Below, piece after piece: positions 21,544 to 30,630 of a stretch of DNA of 34,356 nucleotides (the stretch's first letter is position 1; each line of letters begins with the position of its first letter). Made by a program: the position numbers and the translations under genes. Source of the DNA: Thermodesulfobacteriota bacterium (GTDB lineage Bacteria > Desulfobacterota > Desulfobulbia > Desulfobulbales > DAOVYS01); assembly GCA_034659175.1 (NCBI GenBank), contig JAYEGR010000028.1:13156-47511 (forward strand), written 5' to 3'. The notes below the pieces were generated by a model. It made no database searches. It was not told where the DNA came from and saw only the letters and a program-made list of their open reading frames with translations.

Positions 21544-21630
21544 GGTTCCGGGTTCAAAGTTCAAAGGTTCAGAGGTTAATCGAAATTTTTTCCTATTCAA
21601 CCCTGAACCCTGAAATCTGAACATGGAACC
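21544..21630 (+). repeat. GGTTCAG/CTGAACC heptamer palindrome (family C, longest copy)
   Basis: Five GTT(C) units, then ATCGAAATTTTTTCCTATTC, then AACCCTG-type units. Confidence 0.85.
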
Positions 21631-21689
21631 TTTAATCGCATATGGTCGAAAAATTGATTGATTTCCAATCCTGATCAAGGCTGTCCAGA

Positions 21690-21851
21690 AATAAACGATC
21701 ACAGGTGCTGTAGCTGCACGCGCCCAACGGAAGTGCCCTTGGGGTATGATCAGGGCAATCAGCTATAGCTCACCTATGCTGGTTGCCCTGATCACGTGCA
21801 GGTAAGCGAGCCTGTGAGACTCCGGATGCACAGTGCCTGTGATCGTTTATT
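21690..21851 (-). mobile_element. MITE family H copy (decayed ends) overlapping the rpoB stop
   Basis: 16-bp inverted repeat AATAAACGATCACAGG / CCTGTGATCGTTTATT; shares CATCCGGAGTCTCRCAGGCTCGCTTACCTGCACG with 25985-26205 in the opposite orientation. Confidence 0.85.
21720..21748 (+). repeat. Micro-insertion type 1
   Basis: GCG-CCCAACGGAAGTGCCCTTGGGGT-ATG splits the CTGCACG|TGATCAG arm; the partner arm CTGATCACGTGCAG is uninterrupted. Confidence 0.87.
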
Positions 21852-24800
21852 CGTCCAGCAGTTCCATGTCCAGGCACAATCCCTGGAGTTCCTTTACAAG
21901 GACGTGGAACGACTCAGGCAGCCCTGCTTCTAAAAAATTGTTGCCCTTGACGATCCGTTCATACATCCTTGTCCTGCCTCCCACGTCATCCGACTTGACA
22001 GTCAGAAATTCCTGCAGCGTATAGGCGGCGCCATATGCCTCCATGGCCCAGACCTCCATCTCACCCAGACGCTGACCGCCGAACTGGGCCTTGCCTCCTA
22101 AAGGCTGCTGGGTAACCAGCGAGTACGGGCCTGTGGACCTTGCATGGATCTTGTCGTCAACCAGATGGTGCAGTTTCATCATATACATCGTGCCGACAGT
22201 AACCGGGTTATCAAATTTTTCACCGGTCATTCCGTCGTACAGCAATGCCTGACCCACTACATCCAGTCCGGCGTCCGCCAGCATAGTCATGATTTCGCCT
22301 TCCCCTGCGCCATCAAAGACCGGGGTTGCCATATGGATTCCCGTCCGCATCTCCCGGGCCCATGCCAGCAAGTCATCTTCACTCATGTCCTTGGTCAGGT
22401 CCTTGTACTCTTCAGATGAATAGACCGCTTCCAGAGCCGTTTTAAGATCCTTGACCCGGTTCCGGACAGCCAGCTCATAAAATCTTTCTCCAATCTGTTT
22501 GCCGGCCCGGCCTAAGTGAACCTCCAGCACCTGGCCGACATTCATACGTGAAGGCACGCCCAGGGGATTTAATACAATATCAACAGGTGAGCCGTCCTCG
22601 AAAAAGGGCATGTCTTCTTCCGGAAGAAGCCTTGAGACAACACCCTTATTCCCATGGCGGCCGGCCATCTTATCACCCACGGAAAGTTTTCTTTTGGTGG
22701 CAAGGTAGACCTTGACCATCTTGATAACGCCCGGAGGAAGATCATCGCCTTTCCGAAGACGGTTGACCCGGGCCTCGTGCTCGTCCCTGACGTGTTTCAC
22801 CTGACTTTTAAAACGTTCATTTATCAGATCCAACTCGCCTTGAAATTTTTCACGGTCCGTGAAATCAATCTCAAGTAAGGCCGAAAACGCCATCTTTTCA
22901 AATATTTCTTCAGAAATATTCTCACCTTTTTCAAGAATGAGTTCTCCTTCTTCAGAAAGTATGGCGGATGCTGTTGTTTTATCCTTGAGCATAGCCGCCA
23001 TTTCTTTGCGAACAGCATTTTCAAGGCAGTTGATCTCGTCCTCCGCATCCCGGTCAAGCTCAGCGATTTCTATCTTCTCAATCGCCAGAGCACGTTCATC
23101 TTTTTCAACACCCTTTCTGGAAAAAACCTTGGTATCAACTACAGTGCCCTCAACACCAGGCGGTACCCGGAGCGACGTATCCTTGATATCTCCCGCCTTT
23201 TCGCCGAAAATGGCCCGCAAAAGCTTTTCTTCCGGTGAAAGCTGGGTTTCTCCCTTTGGAGTGACCTTGCCGACCAGGGTATCCCCTGACCTGACCTCGG
23301 CCCCGATCTTAACTATTCCGCTTTCATCAAGATTCCTTAAGGTCTCCTCGCTCACATTAGGGATGTCCCTGGTAATCTCCTCTTTCCCAAGCTTTGTGTC
23401 ACGGGCAACCGTCTCAAACACCTCAATGTGGAGCGAGGTAAATGTGTCGTTTTTTAAAAGCCTTTCACTGATCAGAATTGAATCCTCAAAATTAAATCCG
23501 CGCCACGGCATAAAGGCAATAGTGACATTTTTACCGAGAGCAAGTTCTCCGCACTCGCATGCAGGGCCGTCTGCCAGTATGTCGCCTTTAGTTACTCGCC
23601 GGCCGGGAATAACACACGGCACCTGGTTAAAGCAGGTATTCTGATTGGATTTTTTATATTTTTCCAGCCTGTAGACTCCAATGCCCGTGGCAAAATCGTC
23701 AGTTCCAGGCTCATCATACCGCACTACAATACGGTTGGCGTCAACCTCTTCCACAACCCCGTCTCCGCCCGACAAAAGGCAGACACCGGAATCACGGGCA
23801 ACCGTTTTCTCATATCCGGTACCTACAATAGGCGCGGCACAACGCAGCAGGGGCACTCCCTGACGCTGCATGTTGGAGCCCATCAGCGCGCGGTTGGCAT
23901 CGTCATTCTCTAAAAACGGAATCAGAGACGCGGCCACGCTGACCAACTGATTAGGGGATACATCCATATAGGTGACCCTATCAGATGTGGTCATAACCAC
24001 CTCGCCTTCTTCTCTTGCAATAAGAGAATCGCCTATGATGCGATTTTTTTTATCTAATTCAATCTTTGCCGGGGCGATGATTTGCCCCTTCTCCTCAAGT
24101 GCGGTCATGTAGGCCACATCTTCCGTGATTTTTTTATTCTCTACTTTACGGTAAGGAGTCTCGATGAACCCGAACTTGTTGACCCTTGCAAAGGTTGCCA
24201 GGGAGACAATTAAACCGATATTCGGCCCTTCAGGGGTCTCAACCGGACAGATCCGTCCATAGTGAGTCGGGTGGACGTCCCTGACCTCAAAACCGGCCCT
24301 CTCCCGTGAGAGACCGCCGGGGCCGAGAGCGCTGAGTCTCCTCTTATGGGTCACTTCAGAGAGCGGATTCGTCTGATCCATGAACTGAGATAACTGACTT
24401 GTGCCGAAAAATTCCTTGATTGCCGAAGTTATAGGCTTAGGGTTGATCAGGTCATGGGGCATGAGGGTGTCGATCTCCTGGAGACTCATCCTCTCACGGA
24501 TTGCCCTTTCCATGCGCACGAGTCCCATCCTGTACTGGTTTTCCACCAGTTCGCCAACGGTCCTGACACGCCGGTTACCCAGATGATCGATGTCGTCAAT
24601 CGGCCCCTGGGCATCCTTGAGACGCGCCAGGTAGCGGACCGCAAGCACGATGTCATCCTTGGTCAAGGTCCTTTGAGCAATGTCCGTATCAACGCCTAAT
24701 TTTGCATTTATCTTGAAACGGCCCACCACGGACAGATCGTATGTGTCTGAATTAAAAAAAAGATTATTAAAAAAGGTGGACGCTACTTCAATTGTCGGCG

Positions 24801-25938
24801 GGCTGCTTGGCCGAAGGCGCCGGTAGATTTCGATCAGAGCGTCATCCGTGGTACCCACCTTGTCCTGTAACAGGGTCTTACGAAATGAATCCGTTACATT
24901 GATCCCGTCAATAAAAAGTATTTCAAAGGAGGAAATCTTGGCCTCGACCATGCTTTCAAGGATTTCTTCCGTTAATTCGCCGTTGCATGAAAGCAAGACC
25001 TCGCCGGTCTCAGTATTAATGATGTCGTGTGCAATATAAGCGCCTATCAGTTCATCCAATTTAATCTCAAGTTCGGTGATTCCGGCGGCAACCAGCCGCT
25101 TGGCCAGGGCCTTGCCGATCTTACGGTTCTTCTTGGCAAGGAGGTCCCCGGTTTCAGGATGGATAAGATCAAAGGTGGCGCGCTTGCCGATTGCAAGTTC
25201 AGGGTCAAAGGTTTTGCGGAATCTCTGGCCGTCAATCGAGACCTTTTCAATATTGTAAAAGATCCTCAAAAGTTCCTCGGCGTTGTATCCAAGCGCTTTT
25301 AAAAGCGTAGTTACAGGGAATTTCCTGCGCCTGTCAATGCGGACGTAGAGGATGTCCTTGGCGTCAAACTCAAGGTCAATCCATGATCCGCGAACAGGGA
25401 TAATTCTTGCGGAGTAGAGGAATTTGCCAAGGGAATGGGTTTTGCCTCCGTCATGGGTATAAAACAGGCCGGGTGAACGTTGAAGCTGACTCACAATGAC
25501 TCTCTCGGTACCGTTTATCACAAAGACACCGGCCTTGGTCATAAGAGGAATACTTCCCAGGTACACAGCCTGTTCCTTTATATCACGGATATTCTGGACC
25601 TCGCCTTCCTGGTCGATATCATAGGTGACCAGCCGTACCGTGATCTTGATCGGAACCTCGTAGGTCATGCCCCTTTCAACACACTCCTCCACGGTATACT
25701 TGGGTTCTCCAAAATTATAACGGACGTATTCCAGGGTACACGCCCCGTTAAAATCATTTATGGGAAAAACACTGCGGTAGATGCCTTCAATCCCGGCGTC
25801 GTCCCTCTGGTCAGGGTCTTTCAAACGCTGGAGAAATTTTTCATAGGAAAGTCTCTGCATCTCGATAAGATGCGGCATATCCACAACCTTTTTACTCTTT
25901 GCAAAACTCTTTCTGACTCTTTTCATCGTCTTCATCAA
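21847..25938 (-). CDS. rpoB: DNA-directed RNA polymerase subunit beta
   Basis: [21 protein letters not shown] and [12 protein letters not shown] motifs; start could be TTG at 25938 or ATG at 25935. Confidence 0.99.
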   Translation of the reverse strand: MMKTMKRVRKSFAKSKKVVDMPHLIEMQRLSYEKFLQRLKDPDQRDDAGIEGIYRSVFPINDFNGACTLEYVRYNFGEPKYTVEECVERGMTYEVPIKITVRLVTYDIDQEGEVQNIRDIKEQAVYLGSIPLMTKAGVFVINGTERVIVSQLQRSPGLFYTHDGGKTHSLGKFLYSARIIPVRGSWIDLEFDAKDILYVRIDRRRKFPVTTLLKALGYNAEELLRIFYNIEKVSIDGQRFRKTFDPELAIGKRATFDLIHPETGDLLAKKNRKIGKALAKRLVAAGITELEIKLDELIGAYIAHDIINTETGEVLLSCNGELTEEILESMVEAKISSFEILFIDGINVTDSFRKTLLQDKVGTTDDALIEIYRRLRPSSPPTIEVASTFFNNLFFNSDTYDLSVVGRFKINAKLGVDTDIAQRTLTKDDIVLAVRYLARLKDAQGPIDDIDHLGNRRVRTVGELVENQYRMGLVRMERAIRERMSLQEIDTLMPHDLINPKPITSAIKEFFGTSQLSQFMDQTNPLSEVTHKRRLSALGPGGLSRERAGFEVRDVHPTHYGRICPVETPEGPNIGLIVSLATFARVNKFGFIETPYRKVENKKITEDVAYMTALEEKGQIIAPAKIELDKKNRIIGDSLIAREEGEVVMTTSDRVTYMDVSPNQLVSVAASLIPFLENDDANRALMGSNMQRQGVPLLRCAAPIVGTGYEKTVARDSGVCLLSGGDGVVEEVDANRIVVRYDEPGTDDFATGIGVYRLEKYKKSNQNTCFNQVPCVIPGRRVTKGDILADGPACECGELALGKNVTIAFMPWRGFNFEDSILISERLLKNDTFTSLHIEVFETVARDTKLGKEEITRDIPNVSEETLRNLDESGIVKIGAEVRSGDTLVGKVTPKGETQLSPEEKLLRAIFGEKAGDIKDTSLRVPPGVEGTVVDTKVFSRKGVEKDERALAIEKIEIAELDRDAEDEINCLENAVRKEMAAMLKDKTTASAILSEEGELILEKGENISEEIFEKMAFSALLEIDFTDREKFQGELDLINERFKSQVKHVRDEHEARVNRLRKGDDLPPGVIKMVKVYLATKRKLSVGDKMAGRHGNKGVVSRLLPEEDMPFFEDGSPVDIVLNPLGVPSRMNVGQVLEVHLGRAGKQIGERFYELAVRNRVKDLKTALEAVYSSEEYKDLTKDMSEDDLLAWAREMRTGIHMATPVFDGAGEGEIMTMLADAGLDVVGQALLYDGMTGEKFDNPVTVGTMYMMKLHHLVDDKIHARSTGPYSLVTQQPLGGKAQFGGQRLGEMEVWAMEAYGAAYTLQEFLTVKSDDVGGRTRMYERIVKGNNFLEAGLPESFHVLVKELQGLCLDMELLDE

Positions 25939-25984
25939 GCGCTGCCCTCATGTGTAGTCCATAAGACTGCGAAACAAAAAAATC

Positions 25985-26205
25985 GTAATCGTCCACAGGT
26001 ACCCCATCCGGAGTCTCGCAGGCTCGCTTACCTGCACGCGCCCAACGGAAATGCCCTTGGGGTGCGATCAGTCCGGTTCACATAGGTTTTACTAAGTTCG
26101 CCGGCCTGGAGTTTATGCCCTTTAGGGTACACATATGGGGCACCTGTGAACGATTACATACGGAGGAATCTGCTAAAAATAGGGGGACCCTCTCTGAACG
26201 TTTAC
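25985..26205 (+). mobile_element. GTAA-ended MITE family H (221 bp, IS66-like ends)
   Basis: GTAATCGTCCA ... TGAACGTTTAC termini; perfect 8-bp direct repeat AAAAAATC at 25977-25984 and 26206-26213; additional internal right end finishing at 26157. Confidence 0.9.
26038..26066 (+). repeat. Micro-insertion type 1 with GCG duplication
   Basis: GCG-CCCAACGGAAATGCCCTTGGGGT-GCG; the homologous arm in 21690-21851 is empty. Confidence 0.88.
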
Positions 26206-26222
26206 AAAAAATCCAGCCCTTA

Positions 26223-26405
26223 GGGATGTGGAAATAAATAACTTGCCCATCTCCCAACCCATCTTCAGGGCATCTTCGATCAAGTAACTACTTTTAAAAT
26301 CCTCAACGTAGCCCGCTATGCCTGCGGTTTTAAAAGTAGTTACTTTTGATCGAACCTAACCTAAATCTGCGCGCTATATGGGTAAGTTATTTATTTCCAC
26401 ATCCC
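26223..26405 (+). mobile_element. MITE family D, copy 2 (183 bp)
   Basis: Same 28-bp TIR and TTA flanks as 8469-8650. Confidence 0.92.
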
Positions 26406-26413
26406 TTACCGTC

Positions 26414-26460
26414 AAAAAGCGATAAAACGCCATAGAGGATAACCTCCATAGCGTTTTATC
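26414..26460 (-). terminator. Terminator/attenuator-like hairpin between rplL and rpoB
   Basis: GATAAAACGC...GAGG-ATAA-CCTC...GCGTTTTATC stem, followed by GCTTTTT on the minus strand. Confidence 0.6.
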
Positions 26461-26492
26461 ATTTTAAATAAATCAAGATTGATTTTTTTTGA

Positions 26493-26642
26493 CGGGCTAT
26501 CCACTTGACTCGACTCAAATTGGATTAACTTGTTGAAACTAAAGGTTTTTGTTTTTTTTCTAAAGATCAAAGAAAAATCATAAAAAATCATAAGTTATCA
26601 AACTGTTAAGCGTTTATTCGATTAAGTCAAGCAGATACCCCG
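26493..26642. repeat. Degenerate 150-bp palindromic element (decayed MITE)
   Basis: CGGGCTATCCACTTGACT / AGTCAAGCAGATACCCCG ends (3 mismatches in 18); AT-rich interior is also loosely self-complementary. Confidence 0.55.
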
Positions 26643-26649
26643 AATTTTT

Positions 26650-27030
26650 TTATTTGATTTCAACGGTTCCGCCCACAGCTTCAATTTTGGACTTTATTTC
26701 CTCTGCCTCATCCTTGGAAACGCCTTCCTTGATCGGCTGAGGAGCATCATCAACGAGCTGCTTGGCTTCTTTCAAGCCAAGAGAAGTAATCGAACGAACT
26801 TCTTTGATTACCTGGATCTTTTTGTCGCCGATTGCAGTAAGAACCGCGTCAAATTCGGTTTTTTCTTCAACAGCGCCGCCTGCATCAGCGGCTGCCGGCC
26901 CCATGGCCATTGCGACAGGCGCTGCGGCGGAAACACCAAACTTTTCTTCCATCTCCTTTATGAGTTCGGATAGATCAAGAACACTCATATTTGAAATAAA
27001 CTCAATTACATCCTCTTTGGTTACAGCCAT
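26650..27030 (-). CDS. rplL: 50S ribosomal protein L7/L12
   Basis: [18 protein letters not shown] and LGLKEAK motifs. Confidence 0.99.
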   Translation of the reverse strand: MAVTKEDVIEFISNMSVLDLSELIKEMEEKFGVSAAAPVAMAMGPAAADAGGAVEEKTEFDAVLTAIGDKKIQVIKEVRSITSLGLKEAKQLVDDAPQPIKEGVSKDEAEEIKSKIEAVGGTVEIK

Positions 27031-27066
27031 CTTGCATATCCTCCTGACGAAGCATTTCGTCCTATT

Positions 27067-27594
27067 TTAATTGTCTGCCTGCTCCTTTTGTTCCTTTACG
27101 GCCTGAAGCATGTAAACCAGCTTTCTGGGCACTCCATTGAGCAACTGGACAAAGTTCGTGGGTACTGCCTGCATAACGGATAAAAGCCTTGCGAGCAGAA
27201 CCTCTCTGCTTGCAAGCTTGGCCAGCACCGCCAGATCGGCCGGCGTCAGGGTCTTTTCATCCATGACAGCGGCTCTGAGTTCAACCATGGGATGATCCTT
27301 TGCAAATTCCGTCAGGATCTTCGCCGGGGCTACCGGTTCCGTATTGGATACCGTAATTGCAGTGGTCCCTTTAAAAAACTCTTCCATCGGCTCGAAGGAG
27401 GTACCCTTGACCGCCCTGCGCAAAAGCGTATTCTTGGCGACCCGGATTTCAGCGTTGTTCTTTCTCAGTTCACGCCGAAGCTCCTGGAATTCCGGTACCG
27501 TCAGACCCCGATAGTCGGTGACAATGGCAATTTTTGCATCAGCTAACTTACCAATCAATTCTTCGACTATGGCTGCCTTTTCCTCACGATTCAA
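27067..27594 (-). CDS. rplJ: 50S ribosomal protein L10
   Basis: DYRGLTV and VAKNTL motifs; TTG start with AAGGAGG upstream. Confidence 0.98.
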   Translation of the reverse strand: MNREEKAAIVEELIGKLADAKIAIVTDYRGLTVPEFQELRRELRKNNAEIRVAKNTLLRRAVKGTSFEPMEEFFKGTTAITVSNTEPVAPAKILTEFAKDHPMVELRAAVMDEKTLTPADLAVLAKLASREVLLARLLSVMQAVPTNFVQLLNGVPRKLVYMLQAVKEQKEQADN

Positions 27595-27866
27595 AGTCCT
27601 CTACCTCCTTTTAACTGTCTGCCGCCATAAAAAAAAGCGCTTTCCTTGCCGACAGGCCGTATCCCATACATTTTGCCGGCTTTTAAAGCAAAACCAATGG
27701 GATCGACCGTAGCGTAAAAGTTCCTGTTTCAGGACGGACAATATTTAAAATTTTGATTTGTTAAAAGCAGTCGAGGTCGACCAGGACAGACAAAGTGTTC
27801 AAAAATCAGGCTGTTTTAAACGCGAAATGCAACATACCTGACATATTGTAATGCAATGACTGATTC

Positions 27867-27931
27867 GTCTCGGCGGGCCGCTATTTTCTGTTGATTAAAC
27901 CTTTTCTCAAAAGGTACCCGCTGTCTTCGAC
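27867..27931 (-). ncRNA. L10 leader (autoregulatory cis-element)
   Basis: Minus strand GTCGAAGACAGCGGGT-ACCTTTT/AAAAGGT hairpin-TTAA...CCCGCCGAGAC matches the GAAGACAGYRGG...UUAA...CCYRCCGAG consensus; upstream of rplJ. Confidence 0.85.
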
Positions 27932-27948
27932 ATCAAAACTGCTCACAT

Positions 27949-27998
27949 CCTTGAGGGGTATAAGTACCTTCACGAAAATATTTTCTAAGGTACTTATA
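27949..27998 (+). repeat. Truncated family F element with a partial type 2 micro-insertion
   Basis: CCTTGAGGGGTATAAGTACCTT...GAAAATATTTTCTAAGGTACTTATA resembles 8793-8862. Confidence 0.8.
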
Positions 27999-28201
27999 GT
28001 TAGTATTAAATGACAATTGTTTCCGTGATTGCGCTTCATGGTTACCGTTCAGTCTGAAGCCGGTTTATAAACATAACAGCACAACGACTTCACGCAATCC
28101 CTGATAAAGGATGGGAAAGTTATTTTGTCCCCTTCCCTAACCTGTATATTTTGATCAGAGCAAAAATGGCGCGCAGATAATTTGTTATGATTAGGGCTGC
28201 A

Positions 28202-28912
28202 TCAGGCTTGTTTAACCAAAGTGCGGAGTTCCATAGGATCAATCTTGATCCCGGGACCCATTGTAGTAGACAGGCTTACACCCTTAAGGTATATGCCCTT
28301 GGCTGAAGCCGGCTTTAATTGAATAATTTTGTCAACAAAAGCCAGGATGTTGTCTTTTAATTTAGATGATCCAAAGGAGGTCTTTCCGAGCATGGCATGA
28401 ACCACGCCGGCCTTGTCCACCTTGAAATCAACCTTTCCGGACTTGATTTCCCTGACCACTCCGGCCACGTCAAAAGTAACCGTGCCGACTTTGGCATTGG
28501 GCATCATTCCGCGAGGACCAAGAATGCGGCCGATTTTTCCCACGACGCTCATCATGTCAGGTGTGGCAACGGTCTTATCAAATTCCAGCCAGCCTTCTTT
28601 AATCTTTTTAATATATTCATCCTCTCCGGCGTAATCAGCACCTGCATCAAGGGCCTCCTTCTGTTTCTCTCCCTTGGCAAACACCAGTACCGTTACGTTC
28701 TTGCCTATACCGTGCGGAAGAACAATAGAACTCCTGACCATCTGGTCCGCATGTCTCGGATCTACGCCCAACCGAATCGCGATGTCCATTGATTCGTCAA
28801 ATTTGGCATATTTAAATTTCAGGGCTGTGTCAATGCCTTCCTGAATCTCAAATATCCTTCCGGCCTCAAAATCCGCGGTGTTATTTCTATAATTTTTGCC
28901 TCGTCTAGCCAT
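28202..28912 (-). CDS. rplA: 50S ribosomal protein L1
   Basis: [13 protein letters not shown] and [14 protein letters not shown] motifs; ATG at 28912 (MARRGK) preferred over the ORF-track start. Confidence 0.98.
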   Translation of the reverse strand: MARRGKNYRNNTADFEAGRIFEIQEGIDTALKFKYAKFDESMDIAIRLGVDPRHADQMVRSSIVLPHGIGKNVTVLVFAKGEKQKEALDAGADYAGEDEYIKKIKEGWLEFDKTVATPDMMSVVGKIGRILGPRGMMPNAKVGTVTFDVAGVVREIKSGKVDFKVDKAGVVHAMLGKTSFGSSKLKDNILAFVDKIIQLKPASAKGIYLKGVSLSTTMGPGIKIDPMELRTLVKQA

Positions 28913-28999
28913 GATACCTACCAACCTTAAGCGTTTTTGTTGTTTTTCCAACCCAGCGTAGCTGGACTCTTTTCAGTGTCCCCAAGACATATTAGACAC

Positions 29000-29425
29000 T
29001 TACCCGCCAATATTTAATCCGCAGCTTTTTGCCGTCCCCATAATAATTCGCATGGCCCCATCGATGTCATTGGCATTCAAATCCGGCATTTTCAATTCAG
29101 CTATTTCCTTAATTTTTTGTAAGGGAACCGTTGCTATACGCTCCCTTCTCGGATTACTCGAACCCTTGTCTATGCCCACGGCCTTAAGCAGGAGCATGGA
29201 TGCAGGCGGTGTCTTGGTGATAAACGAAAAAGAACGATCCTTATAAACGGTAATTACCACCGGAATAATCATGTCGCCTTCATTTTGGGTCTTTGCGTTA
29301 AATGCCTTGCAAAACTCCATAATGTTTACACCATGCTGGCCAAGGGCCGGCCCTACAGGTGGGGACGGATTGGCCTTCCCTGCAGGAATCTGAAGTTTTA
29401 TAAATGCTGAAATCTTTTTTGCCAT
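29000..29425 (-). CDS. rplK: 50S ribosomal protein L11
   Basis: [24 protein letters not shown] motif. Confidence 0.99.
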   Translation of the reverse strand: MAKKISAFIKLQIPAGKANPSPPVGPALGQHGVNIMEFCKAFNAKTQNEGDMIIPVVITVYKDRSFSFITKTPPASMLLLKAVGIDKGSSNPRRERIATVPLQKIKEIAELKMPDLNANDIDGAMRIIMGTAKSCGLNIGG

Positions 29426-29444
29426 TTTATCTTACCTCAATTTA

Positions 29445-29602
29445 GGGCTCGCCCTAAAATAAATTTACATTTTCAGGTGTTGAGGCGCCCGCATGGAAAG
29501 GCGCAGGGAGGGCAAAAGTAGGGGGCTGTTTAACCGACAAGCAACGTAGCCATGCGAAATAGATCGGCGCATTAAAATGTGAAGTTATTTTTGAGCGAGC
29601 CC
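29445..29602 (+). mobile_element. MITE family E, copy 1 (158 bp)
   Basis: TIR GGGCTCGCYCWAAAATAA...; TTA on both flanks; inverted homolog at 30204-30357. Confidence 0.9.
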
Positions 29603-29612
29603 TTAAATAAAC

Positions 29613-30143
29613 CTACCCTCTGGTCACCTGGAAAAATTCAAGTTCAATCGGAGTTTCTCTTCCAAAGATACTGACAAGGACACGCACCCTGCCTTTATCC
29701 GGATTTACATGATCCACAATGCCCTGGAAATTTGAAAAGGGTCCGTCAACCACACGAACATTGTCTCCCTGCTCAAACATTACCTTTGGCCTGGGCTTTT
29801 CAGTTCCTTCTTTAATTCTGTTGATGATTTTTTCGGCATCTTCATCATGTAGAGGTTCAGGGTTCAGGTCGTTTCCTACAAAGCCGGTGATCTTAGGAGT
29901 ATCTCGTACCGTATGCCATGTTTCATCGTTTAGTTCCACGTTCAAAAGAATGTATCCTGGAAAAAATTTCCTCGATGATGTCCGTTTGGCCCCTTTGAAC
30001 ATCTCGACAACCTGTTCGGTCGGCACAAGAATTTCCCCGAAGAATTCCTCCTGGTCAGCATTCTTTATCCGCTCCTGCATTGCGGTCTTTGCTTTTTCCT
30101 CAAAGCCGGAATACGTATGCAGGATATACCATTTTTTAGCCAT
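29613..30143 (-). CDS. nusG: Transcription termination/antitermination factor NusG
   Basis: WYILHTYSGFE, FFPGYIL, KOW motif VVDGPF and SIFGRETPIELEF. Confidence 0.99.
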   Translation of the reverse strand: MAKKWYILHTYSGFEEKAKTAMQERIKNADQEEFFGEILVPTEQVVEMFKGAKRTSSRKFFPGYILLNVELNDETWHTVRDTPKITGFVGNDLNPEPLHDEDAEKIINRIKEGTEKPRPKVMFEQGDNVRVVDGPFSNFQGIVDHVNPDKGRVRVLVSIFGRETPIELEFFQVTRG

Positions 30144-30203
30144 TCGGTTTTCCGCCCGGGTATTGCCCGATCACACTTACGGATGGGCGTTTGTTTAGAC
30201 TTA

Positions 30204-30357
30204 GGGTTCACTCAAAAATAAATTTACATTTTAATGCGCCAATCCATCTCATGGCTGCGTTGCTCGTCGGTTAAATAGCCCTGCTATTCGCCCTCCTCGC
30301 GCCTTGCCATGCGGGTGCACAACACATGAAAATGTAAATTTATTTTTGAGCAAGCCC
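30204..30357 (-). mobile_element. MITE family E, copy 2 (154 bp)
   Basis: TIR GGGTTCACTCAAAAATAAATTTACATTTT / AAAATGTAAATTTATTTTTGAGCAAGCCC; flanks TTA and TTT. Confidence 0.9.
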
Positions 30358-30362
30358 TTTAA

Positions 30363-30629
30363 TCAATTAAGGATAAGGCTTATCATTTTCCCTAAAAACA
30401 GATCAACTGCCCCAAGATACATGGAGATGAGCATTACCAGAATAACCACTACCACCGTTGATCCAAGCGTCTGCTTCCTGGCCGGCCAGGAAATTTTGCC
30501 GAACTCGGTCTTAACCTCTGCGGAAAATTGTTTTACCCGCTCCAGTTGAAATCCGATGCCGTTGCCGGCCGGCTGTTCAGGCACAGCCCTTTTCTTTTTA
30601 CCTGTCCGATCCGGTTTCTTGTTAGCCAT
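30363..30629 (-). CDS. secE: Preprotein translocase subunit SecE
   Basis: EFGKISWP motif followed by one hydrophobic helix; between tRNA-Trp and nusG. Confidence 0.95.
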   Translation of the reverse strand: MANKKPDRTGKKKRAVPEQPAGNGIGFQLERVKQFSAEVKTEFGKISWPARKQTLGSTVVVVILVMLISMYLGAVDLFLGKMISLILN

Positions 30630-30630
30630 A

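Noticed and set aside
21522-21557. ORF-track N-terminal extensions of RpoC, and likewise of L1, L14, S5 and the second EF-Tu
   Set aside because: Downstream starts match the canonical N-termini and/or have better RBS; the RpoC extension lies in a repeat.
28913-28999. Possible L1-binding site between rplK and rplA
   Set aside because: Only short alternative hairpins; the L1 target motif is not clearly present.
29852-29868. GAGGTTCAGGGTTCAGGT, family C-like, inside nusG
   Set aside because: It encodes DLNPEPL in the normal NusG linker region with no length gain and no partner arm; likely coincidence.
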